Shown piece after piece: positions 38,866 to 48,900 of a DNA stretch of 64,000 nucleotides (position 1 is the first letter of the stretch; each line of letters begins with the position of its first letter). The notes beneath the pieces are model-generated. The model did no database searches and had not been told where the DNA came from. It worked only from the letters and a program-made list of their open reading frames with translations. Origin of the DNA: an uncultured Candidatus Saccharibacteria bacterium (GTDB lineage Bacteria; Patescibacteriota; Minisyncoccia; Phycocordibacterales; CAZPGN01); contig CAZPGN010000001.1 in the NCBI GenBank assembly GCA_964586635.1, positions 72,932-136,931 on the forward strand. Direction: 5' to 3'. A program made the position numbers and the translations under genes.

Positions 38866-40020
38866 TTAATTATCCGATTGTGCGCGCAATTTCTCTATGA
38901 TCCGAGGCAAAATAGCAATAACCTCATCAATGTCTTGTTCTGTCGAGTGAACTCCGAGCGTAAAACGAACAGCGCTTGTGGTATATGTTTTGTCCTTACC
39001 AAGCGCTCTGACGGCATAGGAGCCGCCTTCAGCGCCACTTTCACAGGCGCCGCCGGAAGAACTAGAAATCCCCATCATATCAAGCTCTATTACAGCCTGC
39101 TCGTTCAATGTTCTTTGCAACGAGAAATTCACATTATTCGCGAGACGCTCTGTTGCCGAGCCATTTAGTTCCGCGTCTGGCACATGGTCAAGTATTCCGG
39201 CTATCAAGCGATCGCGCAATAAGGTAAGTCGCTTCCGCTCATCGTCTCGGCGTGTTTGAACAAGCTGAAGTGCATAGGCAAATCCTACGATTCCTGGCAC
39301 ATTTTCCGTACCGCTTCGCATACCTCGCTCCTGTCCCCCGCCGTAGACAAGCGGAGAAAGCAACACTCCTTTTTTCATATAGAGCGCGCCCACTCCTTTC
39401 GGCCCATATACTTTTGCGCTGTTTATCGTCATGAGATCAACTCCAAGCGCCTGTGGCATGATCGAGAGCGTCGTCGGTGATTGGCATGCATCCGTATGGA
39501 AATAGGGGTAGGCTGAATTACCGCGATGCTCCCTTATGACTCGAGATATATTCGCAAGCGGCTGTATTGTTCCGATTTCGTTATGCGAGTGTATTAGCGA
39601 CACGAGAACCGTGTCCTCCCGAAGCGCCGCGCGAACCGCATCGGGAGAAATTTCCCCCGCCTGGTTCGGAGAAAGTTTTGTTACCGCAAACCCGCGTTTT
39701 TCAAGCAACGGTAGCGTGTTCGTTATTGAGGGATGCTCAAATGCTGACACAATGATATGCCCCTGCTTGGGTAAGCCCTGCATCACAATATTATTCGCCT
39801 CCGTCGCGCTGGCAGTAAAAATAATTTCGGAGGATGTGCATCCCAGCACACGAGCGACCTCGACATGCGCGTACTCCACGCCCTCACGAGCCGCTAGTCC
39901 ATCCGAGTGTATAGAGTGCGGATTCGCGGCTCGCTCGATCCAATAGGGCGCCATAGCTTCAAGCACGCGAGGATCAACGGGCGTCGCCGCCGCATAGTCC
40001 ATATAGATTCGTTTACGCAT
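38866..40020 (-). CDS. iscS: Cysteine desulfurase
   Basis: YMDYAAATP, NEIGTIQP, HTDACQ, KVYGPKG, SGGAC. Confidence 0.92.
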   Translation of the reverse strand: MRKRIYMDYAAATPVDPRVLEAMAPYWIERAANPHSIHSDGLAAREGVEYAHVEVARVLGCTSSEIIFTASATEANNIVMQGLPKQGHIIVSAFEHPSITNTLPLLEKRGFAVTKLSPNQAGEISPDAVRAALREDTVLVSLIHSHNEIGTIQPLANISRVIREHRGNSAYPYFHTDACQSPTTLSIMPQALGVDLMTINSAKVYGPKGVGALYMKKGVLLSPLVYGGGQERGMRSGTENVPGIVGFAYALQLVQTRRDDERKRLTLLRDRLIAGILDHVPDAELNGSATERLANNVNFSLQRTLNEQAVIELDMMGISSSSGGACESGAEGGSYAVRALGKDKTYTTSAVRFTLGVHSTEQDIDEVIAILPRIIEKLRAQSDN

Positions 40021-40099
40021 ACAATATCGTCAGTGTACCGCGAGAATTTATTTTTGCCAAAATGATAAATTTACTGTATAGTGCTGTTTGCGTTTCCCT

Positions 40100-41590
40100 A
40101 TGAAAACCGTAAGCTCCAGAAACAGAATAGCGCGCCCACCCATTGTTGTTGTCGTCGGTCATATCGACCACGGCAAATCAAGCTTGCTTGATTATATTCG
40201 TAAAACGAATGTTGTCGCAGGAGAAACGGGCGGTATCACGCAACATATTTCGGCATACGAGGCAATGCACAATGGCAGAAAAATTACGTTCCTCGACACG
40301 CCCGGTCACGAAGCTTTTGCTGAAATGCGACTTCGTGGGGCGCACGCGGCAGATATCGCGATCCTTGTGATTGGGGCAGATGATGGCGTAGAGGTTCAGA
40401 CCACGGAGGCCCTCCGCGCGATACAGGAGGCGGGAATTCCTTATGTTGTGGCTATTAATAAGATGGACCTGCCAACCGCCGAACCCGAGCGAGTAAAACA
40501 ACAACTCGCAGAGCAAGGCGTGTTCCTCGAAGGATACGGTGGTACCATCTCAAACACCGCCATTTCTGCGAAAACAGGCGCGGGCGTCTCTGAACTCCTT
40601 GATCTTGTTCTTCTTGCAACCGACATAGAGGATTTGACAGCCGAAGCATCCACTCCCGCAGGTGGCCATGTCATAGAATCCCACATGGACCCCAAACGCG
40701 GCGCAACCGCAACACTCATAATAACGAACGGCATAATAACGAAAAAAGGTTTTGTGGTGGCGGGTGACGCGTATGCGCCGATCAGAATACTGGAGGATTT
40801 CAAGCATGCGCCGATTACTTCGGCAACTGTTTCCGCACCGATCGTGATAGCGGGATTCAACCATGTTCCACCAGTCGGTACGACCTGGAGCATCGTCACT
40901 GACAAAAAGGAAGCGGAGCGTCTGTCGAAAGTGCGCGCGGCTGTTGCGGCACATGATAAGACCCAACCGGAGACAGAGATAGTCATCCCTATTCTCGTTA
41001 AAGCGGACACGCGAGGAACACTCGAGGCGGTCCTCGGCGAACTGCGCCGCGCCGCAACCGAAAAAGCGCGCTTCGAGGTCATTGCGAGCGGAGTCGGGGC
41101 TATAACGGAAAATGATATTAACACAATCGCAGCCGGAAAGGACCCGCTTGTAGTCGGCTTTAGCGTAAAGGTCGAGCAGGGAGCTCAGGATATCTCGACT
41201 CGACTCGGGATAACGCCCGTCTCTTTCTCCCTCATTTACGAATTGACGAAATATGTCCGTTCGGAAATAGAGCGAAGGTCGCCGAAAATCTCCACAGAAA
41301 TAGTACTCGGCAAAGGACGGATATTGAAAACATTTGACCGCTCAAAGGAAAAACAGATCGTCGGAGGAACTGTGCTCTCTGGCGCGATATTGCAAAACAA
41401 AACCGTCAAAATCATCCGCAATGGCGGAGAAATCGGCGGCGGTTCAATTTCAGAACTGCAACAGTCAAGGGTTAAGGTTGATCGAGTTGAAGAAGGCAGT
41501 CAATTTGGGGCTCAAATCTCATCTCGCATAACTATCGCCGCGGGAGATATCATAGAAGCGATAGACGTTGTTGCGGCAGGGCATGAGTAG
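40100..41590 (+). CDS. infB: Translation initiation factor IF-2 (no N-terminal domain)
   Basis: GHIDHGKS, GGITQHI, DTPGHEAF, NKMD. Confidence 0.95.
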   Translation: MKTVSSRNRIARPPIVVVVGHIDHGKSSLLDYIRKTNVVAGETGGITQHISAYEAMHNGRKITFLDTPGHEAFAEMRLRGAHAADIAILVIGADDGVEVQTTEALRAIQEAGIPYVVAINKMDLPTAEPERVKQQLAEQGVFLEGYGGTISNTAISAKTGAGVSELLDLVLLATDIEDLTAEASTPAGGHVIESHMDPKRGATATLIITNGIITKKGFVVAGDAYAPIRILEDFKHAPITSATVSAPIVIAGFNHVPPVGTTWSIVTDKKEAERLSKVRAAVAAHDKTQPETEIVIPILVKADTRGTLEAVLGELRRAATEKARFEVIASGVGAITENDINTIAAGKDPLVVGFSVKVEQGAQDISTRLGITPVSFSLIYELTKYVRSEIERRSPKISTEIVLGKGRILKTFDRSKEKQIVGGTVLSGAILQNKTVKIIRNGGEIGGGSISELQQSRVKVDRVEEGSQFGAQISSRITIAAGDIIEAIDVVAAGHE

Positions 41591-41927
41591 GCACCGGCAA
41601 CATCGTCTCGTTGAGATACTAAAGCGCACTGCGGCGGAATACATTCGCGATGTCTCATCAAGCGAATCGCTCATAACGATAACCGATGCCTTATTGAGCA
41701 AGGACGGAAAAGTGATTACCTTGCTCATAAATGTCATTCCCGAGGACAAGGAATATTCAGCGCTTGTATTTATGAATCGCAAACGACATGAGCTGTTTAA
41801 ACATCTAAAGCAACACAGTAATCTCGCGTTCATTCCAAAAATCATTTTCGAGGTCAACGAGGGAGAGAAACGCCGCAGACGCATTGATGAACTTATCGCA
41901 AGAGATAAAGGCGTGCAGAAATCATAA
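41583..41927 (+). CDS. rbfA: Ribosome-binding factor A
   Basis: Downstream of infB; ITITD..LSKD, IPKI.F. Confidence 0.82.
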   Translation: MSRHRQHRLVEILKRTAAEYIRDVSSSESLITITDALLSKDGKVITLLINVIPEDKEYSALVFMNRKRHELFKHLKQHSNLAFIPKIIFEVNEGEKRRRRIDELIARDKGVQKS

Positions 41928-41972
41928 AAGCTCTGGAATACTGGCCGCCGTTTGATATAATCTGTATATATT

Positions 41973-42044
41973 GACCACGTGGCGAAGTGGTAACGCAGCG
42001 GTCTGCAAAACCGCAACGCGCGGGTTCGATTCCCGCCGTGGTCT
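41973..42044 (+). tRNA. tRNA-Cys(GCA)
   Basis: GCGGT-CTGCAAA-ACCGC; U discriminator. Confidence 0.93.
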
Positions 42045-42338
42045 TAAGGCGGGAATCGAAGCCGACCCGAGAAAGCTAAACTGCTTTAGGTTTCTCGGGC
42101 GGCAGGCTCCGAAGGAGACTGTCTCGATGCGCCAAGAGGCGCCAGAGACAGTCGGGTGAGGAGGATTCCCGCCGTGGTCTTAAGGCGGGAATCGAAGCCG
42201 ACCCGAGAAAGCTAAACTGCTTTAGGTTTCTCGGGCGGCAGGCTCCGAAGGAGACTGTCTCGATGCGCCAAGAGGCGCCAGAGACAGTCGGGTGAGGAGG
42301 ATTCCCGCCGTGGTCTTAAGGCGGGAATCGAAGCCGAC
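42028..42338 (+). repeat. 136-bp tandem repeat (about 2.3 copies) beginning with the tRNA-Cys 3' end
   Basis: Units start GATTCCCGCCGTGGTCT at 42028, 42164 and 42300; copies identical. Confidence 0.9.
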
Positions 42339-42357
42339 TAGTGATTGTATATATTTT

Positions 42358-42439
42358 GCCCGGGTGGTGTAATTGGTAGCCACGATCGACTTAAGATCGG
42401 TTGCCGTAAGGCATGTGGGTTCGAGTCCCACCCCGGGCA
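42358..42439 (+). tRNA. tRNA-Leu(TAA)
   Basis: ATCGA-CTTAAGA-TCGGT, variable arm. Confidence 0.92.
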
Positions 42440-42450
42440 TTTTTGATGGG

Positions 42451-42473
42451 ATGAAGGGGTCAGGAGCCTTCAT
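42451..42473 (-). repeat. REP-like palindrome copy
   Basis: ATGAAGGGGTCAGGAGCCTTCAT, the reverse complement of the 34870 copy. Confidence 0.85.
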
Positions 42474-42628
42474 TTTGTCTGCCTATCGCGGTTGGAATAA
42501 ATGAAATAATCAGGGCACTTGTCAAGTACCTGAAGTTTGCTGATGAAAAGAAGCAGCCTTTTACGAAATACTTCGGATGCTATGAAAGTTTGAGAGACGA
42601 TGATTCGTGTGTTATTTTGTATTGACAT

Positions 42629-42701
42629 CCCCCTATAGCTCAATTGGTAGAGCAACGGACTCTTAATCCGCAGGTTGTAGGTTCGATTCCTACTGGGGGG
42701 A
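42629..42701 (+). tRNA. tRNA-Lys(CTT)
   Basis: CGGA-CTCTTAA-TCCG anticodon arm, TAGCTCAATTGGTAGAGC D-arm. Confidence 0.92.
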
Positions 42702-42758
42702 CACTTTATTAGTGGATTGTCAATCTCGTCTGCGACATATATACTGAAGCAAGTGTGC

Positions 42759-42843
42759 GGGCGAGTGGCGAAATTGGCAGACGCGCCAGCCTTAGGAGCT
42801 GGTGGAGAAATCCGTGGGAGTTCAACTCTCCCCTCGCCCACCA
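42759..42843 (+). tRNA. tRNA-Leu(TAG)
   Basis: CCAGC-CTTAGGA-GCTGG, CCA end. Confidence 0.93.
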
Positions 42844-42867
42844 AACCAAAGTTGGATGACTCATATC

Positions 42868-42905
42868 CAAAAAGCCCCGCCGCCGAAGGGCGCGGGGCTT
42901 TTTGG
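42868..42905. terminator. Bidirectional intrinsic terminator
   Basis: CCAAAAAGCCCCGC...GCGGGGCTTTTTGG between the convergent tRNAs and the large gene. Confidence 0.75.
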
Positions 42906-42919
42906 TTTTGCACAAGGCT

Positions 42920-45900
42920 CTATTGACCGAGTCTCACCTGCACCTGCTTTTGCAGATTCTCGATAAGTTTCTGGAGATCCTTCACTTGCTTCTCTAGTTC
43001 TGCCTCTGTAGATACGGACGAAGCTGTGGGTGCTCCAAGTTCTCCAAGTTTGGCGCGGGTCATGGGACCCACGAAGCCGTAGCCAGGATCGCTCGGCTTG
43101 GCTAGGTTGTATTTCTCTTGGAACTTACCGATGGCTTTCTGTGTAAGTGTTCCGAGGAACTCCGTCTCGCTGCCGGGTGATCCTGGACCAGTGTTTGCGA
43201 TCTTCGTGTCGGGATCGTTGTTCAAGAGCTGTTGGAGGCGCTTGACATCTTCGCCGCGGGTGCCGATGTCAAGCGAACGGGTGAAGGCCGCAGAGACCGA
43301 TGCCGGAGTTGCTGGTACTGCCGGGGAAACTCCGACAGAGGATACCTCCTGGAGCTTGGCGCGGGTCTTAGGACCGAGAACGCCGAAGCCAGTGGTTTCC
43401 TCGCTACCAGAAGAGATGATGCCGTGCTTCTTCTGGAATTTTTGGAGTGCTAATTTCGTGAGCAGGCCGAAGAAGTCCGTTTCGTTGTCGGGTGACCCCG
43501 GACCAGTATCCGATATTTTCGTATCGGGATCGCTGTTTAGAATCTGCTGGAGGCGCTTGACATCATCGCTTCTTGATCCCGTTTTAAGCACGCGGGTGAA
43601 GACTGGGGAAACCGATATTGCGGTAATGGAAGGGGTTGCAGGAGGGTTCGGTAGGGTTGCCGCAGATACAGATGCGCCCTGCGATGCGGATGCTGGAGCG
43701 GAAATTGCGGGAGTCTTCGACAGAACATGGTCGGAAACAGAACCGCCAAGGTATGACGGCGCCGAACCCCCGCCGCCGCCGCCCCCTCCGCCGCCAAGCA
43801 CATTGACTTTCGCGGAAACGGCACTCGAGGCCGCCGATTCTACAGAACCGCTCTCCTTTGAGGCCGACACTTTGTAGTAGTATGTGGTGCCGTTAGTTAC
43901 CGCTGTATCCGTATAGTTCGTAACATTGCCTGGGACATTCAGAAGCGGGAACGAGCCCGTATCGCTCGTATCGCGATATATGAAGTATCCGGTCGAGTCG
44001 TCAGATGAATTCCACGAGAGTGTAATGGTATTACTGCCCGGATTCCCTGCGGTCGCGGTCAAGTTCGCGGGCGCGGCGGGAGCGTCCGAGTTCGTCGCAG
44101 ACGAGAGCGCATAGAGCGAGAAGTGCGACCCTATCGAAGTAAATGCGACCGTTGAGACATTCGAAAGATTAGATGCCGGAGACGTAATGACATTTCCGCT
44201 CGAATCTTTGTAGGTCAAAACCGTCGAGAGTGATTCCCATTCTTTTTTGTCTTCGCTGTATGATACGACCTTCAATTTGTCTACTTCTGCCGAGGTATCC
44301 ACGTCGGAGAGCGCAAGTTCGGCTTTCGTATAAGTAAGCTCAATACTCGCTTTCTTGCCAGTCTGAAGATTTTTGACTTGAGAACTGCCAGAATATGCGT
44401 TAATGTCCTTCGCCTTTGAGGCCACTATGTTCACACTCACAGTGTTCGGGAAGTTGCTGGTTTCCTTGACGGTAAGATACGAGTTGCTGCCGGCCGAACC
44501 TAGTGTATTGGCATCTAGATCAACCTTGACCTTCGTTGCCGTATCGGAGATGCTTCCAGCGCTCGTGTCGGTAAATGTATTCGAGGTCATGAGGGTACTG
44601 GAAATCGAAGCCGTCGTTGTGAGCGCAACAGTTATAGACGAGGCAGAATTGGCGCCGATGGATATTGGGTTTGCCGCGGCCGCCGCTTCGACATATCCCT
44701 CCGCCGCCGCGAATACGCGCCATGTGCCTTCGCCAACGCTCAAGCGATAGGTGCCGTCAGTATCGGTCTTGGTCACAGCCTGACCGCCGCCGACGCGGAC
44801 AGCGCGCACGAAGGCATTGGCCGACAGAGAACCGCCCGCCGTTACCGTGCCGGAGATCGAGCGGGATGCGCTGGTCAGCACGAAATTTCTAGTGGTATTG
44901 CCTGAAATGGTTATCGAGGTCGGCGTGTCAATATAGCCCGGTTTAGAAACGATAACCTTGTAGGTTCCGTCGACAAGCGAGAGCCGATACGCTCCGGAGG
45001 TAGTCGCTTGCGTACCCGCGAATACGCCATTCGACTCGTTGACGAACGAAATCCATGCATCTGTAAGCTCGTTCCCTGATGTCGCTGCGGTATGATAGAC
45101 GGTGCCGGATACGACACTCAAGTTCGCACTGGCAGTATTAACCACGATTTTTATCGTTTCAGCGCCATTCACTTGCAAAACGCCGGAAAGTACCAGTGTA
45201 TTCGTACCATCATCGCTCGCCACAGAAATGTTCGACGACGGAACACCCTGAATGAAAGCTCGAATCGTAGTTGAGGCGCCATTCGCTATCTGAAGCGATG
45301 TCGAAGACGCGCTCGTTATTTCAACATGGTTCCCAAGCTGTGTACTCGTATCGAAGAGATCAATGAACGCCTTGGGAACTTCGAGCAGATTTCCGTTCGA
45401 GTCTTTTATGTTTATTGTGATAGTCCGCCTTGGCGCAACGCGGATGTTCTGCGTAGTGGAAGCTGTCAAGTCTATCGCGCCGATCGCCGCGCCGCTATTG
45501 CCAAGCGCGGCGATGCGCCCGTAACCTGGCTTGAATATGTCCGCGATCGAATATCCGGAACCAGAACGAACGCGCACCGAATATGCCCCATCGGAGCCAG
45601 AAACGGCCTCATTCGTGCCTGATGACCCGGAAACGCGAATGATGGCTCCCTCTATGCCCTCACCGGCAGTGAACGCGGCGTCGGAATTGCTGTCTTCGTA
45701 GATGTTTCCAGAAAGAATACTGAAGTTAAGCGTGGAGGCGGGTGCAAAATCAATGTTCTCCTGATTCGCCCCCGCGACAGTAACAGTCTGTTCAGTCATT
45801 TGCCCGAATCCTGGAATGAATACATTTACTTTCCATGCGCCGCTGTCAACATAAAGCGTGTATGTTCCGGCCGAAGAATCTGTGAATGAGTCTGCATGAC

Positions 45901-48900
45901 CAGGCCCATCTGTGCGGTAGGCAAACACAGGAGCGTTGCCGACCGCATTCGTGCCGTCCGTTACCCGGCCCGTAATGGTGTATCCAGGTTTTGTCATTTT
46001 AAGCACGAACGGATTTGCGCCGCTTACGCCAGTGGATGCCGAAGTTGAGCCGTCAATGAAGGCATTGCCGGACGAGTCTATGACAACGGAGACCTCACGC
46101 GACTGTCCGACTCCCGGAGCGAACGCACCGACATTGTACGAACCGGAAACAACGCGAATAGAAAATGTGCCATCGATTGCCGTTTGTCCGTGACTACCCA
46201 ACCCAAGGGAGGGCGAGTATGCGTACACGCCCGCATCGGAGACGGTGTTGCCGCTTCCGTCCTTAAGAATGCCTGTTATCGTCTTGTCCGCCACAGAAAT
46301 GGCAAATGTGTATTCTGTAACACGAGACCCGCCAACCGTTGCAATGCATGCAGTCGGACATCCCTTCACTTCGACCTCGATCGGTTTCGGCATTGACCAG
46401 GTGGTGCTAGGCGGCCCAGACATAAAGCCAGTATCGCCCTTCGGCATTGCCGGACCGAAACCGATACCCCAGAACCCGTTCACTTGCGGGAGCGGCATTG
46501 TAGTAACTTTTGTTGCGGAAAGAGCGGCTGTTCCTGGAGTAATCGTGCGCACCACGAATTCACCTGGGCCCCCCGCAAATACATCGAGCTGTTCAGTCGC
46601 TGTGAAAGTATTTAAGGCGGCTGTCATCTTGATATCTATGTTTACAGCAGATGAAGTCGCCGTAAGCGCGAAGTCTCTCGTGATAACGCTTGTCGAGGTT
46701 GCGAGCACCGGCGTCGGGTTGGGTTTGCCGAAGAAACCTGTGGTGGTGCCGGTAGGACTCACTATGGCATTAGTCGACAGCATGTATTCACCACCGCCAC
46801 CAAAGTTGTTCGACAAGAACTCGGTATTGATAGGAATATCGGTAAATTGGTACACGCCGCTCGCGTCAGTTGTACCGATTACTTGACCGATTTGAGGTGA
46901 AAACAGATTTATGTCAACACCTTGGAGGTTCGCGCCATTCCCAGATACTCTCCCACGAATGGTTGTCGTCGCTCCAGAAGAACCTATCCGTCCGTTTATA
47001 TAGATCGGGTTTGCGCTAAAGGTCTCAAGGAGTACTCCAGATGCGTTGCGTGATTTAATGTCTATCGAATAACCAGGGCTGTCGAATCCTTTCGGAATGG
47101 ATGGATTTTTTAGATCTACAACGCCGAACCGTAGGAAATCGTGCGCATCGCCCGATTCGCTGCGCGTCGCGGCATTAAGTGTGAGGGTTACGGTCTTCGC
47201 CGCAGCGTCGCGCGCGATAGCCGCGATGCCAACAGTCCCGGTGCCAGGCCCGTTGATGTCCTTATTTTGCTCATTCAGATATGGGTTGCGGGCTGATGAT
47301 GTCGCCGCACAGCAGATACCGAAATCTGCCGCGGAGGGGAAGGTGAGGACTATGGTGCCGTTTGCGGGTATTTGCCTTGAGATTGGAAGCTCGAAGATAT
47401 AGGTAGTCGAGGCGGAAACGAAATTGGACAAAGTTTGAATGTTCACCGGAGGAACGAAACCGATGCCGGAAGCGGAGAAATCTTTGTGCTCACCGAAGAC
47501 GCTTCCAGAAAAGGTGCCAGGCCCAAGAAGACCGCCACCCGAAGAAGAAAAGCCTGCGACAGTTCCAGTAAAGGTGCCCTCGGTCGTCATCGCATTACCG
47601 CTCATATCCTTGATATTGTTCGCGGTAACTGTGAAGGAAGTGCCGGCTGGAAGCTTTACGCCAGAGATTTGCGCAGTGCGCGTAGTCGAGTCATAGGTGA
47701 CAGAGTGCCCTGCCAGCGCGGAAAGCGTAATGCCTGAACCCGCAGTAACAGAGTAATTCGCAAGCGTCTTCGCATCACCCGAATTGACAGCCTCATTAAA
47801 GGAAATCGCTATGGAGAAATCGTTCGCGTTGGCAAAGAGAATTGAGGGCGGCTGTGTATCGGAATTCGTAGCTTCGACCGTCCAGTCCCGCGTTACCGTC
47901 CCCGCAAGAGGCGTCCCTGAAGTGTTCTTCAGTCCTCCCGCGCCTCCGACGAGCGTCAAACGCAACTGGGAGTTCGAAGGAAGCACATTGTTCGGAACAA
48001 AGTGGCCCTCTTGCGTAACGGGATTGTAATAGACAGTCCCTGGAATATTGGCGCCGCCAACGATGCTCATACTTACCGAGCCGGAGGTTGCCGTTGTCGG
48101 ATCTATTGTGTCATCAAAGACGAAGAGAAAATCATTCATGTTCGCCGCAATTGGTGCGCTTGCACTCGGTAGAACGGATTGCAGAATCGGCGCCGACGAA
48201 TCGGTAGAGCCCGAGGTCGTGAATTTCGAGATATATGCCGTTTGTGCGGCGACGCCGTTTGTATTCCGTACGCCGACCCCGACAGTGAGCGTATAAGTGC
48301 GATTCGCTCCGAGGGATGCAGGCATCATCGTAAGAAGATTCTTGCCGGTCGAAGTGCTCATAACGAAATTGGATAGTACCACCGCCGCGCCAAGGTCATT
48401 CACGAGCGTGATATTCGCGTTCGTGAGCGTGCTGACATTCATATTTGCCTGACTGAATTCTACTGACAACACGGAGAGATTCGTCGGCACATTCTGCGCA
48501 CTGTTGAATGGACTGGCGCCAAGCACCTGCGGGGGCACGAGATTCGTGGAGGTCTGGGTACTTCCGCCGGTCGTAAAGGTGATGGAATACGGCTGGCTTC
48601 CTGCCGTGAATCGGTTCTGGTCGAGTGGATTGCCGGAGATGTCGCGGATGGTGCTAGTGGCAATAAATGCGTAAATCGTACTGGGCGCAAGATTTGCAGA
48701 AAGGATGCATTTTGCCGATGGCTCAAATGCGCTCGGAAACGGATTATACTGTACGCTCCCGCAGAGGTTCGGGTTGGTCAGACTGCTTGCGTTGCGGAGA
48801 GTGACTGTCGTTGTTGCGGTGGCAGAGATAATAGTTCCGGTCGCGATCGTTTTGTTGAAATTGAACCCGATGTACTGCATATCGATTGGTACATTCGTGT

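Noticed and set aside
42028-42338. Possible CRISPR array
   Set aside because: Whole 136-bp units are identical, there are no unique spacers, and there are no cas genes in the window
43766-43796. CCG run as a contingency or phase-variation tract
   Set aside because: In-frame poly-Gly linker with mixed codons
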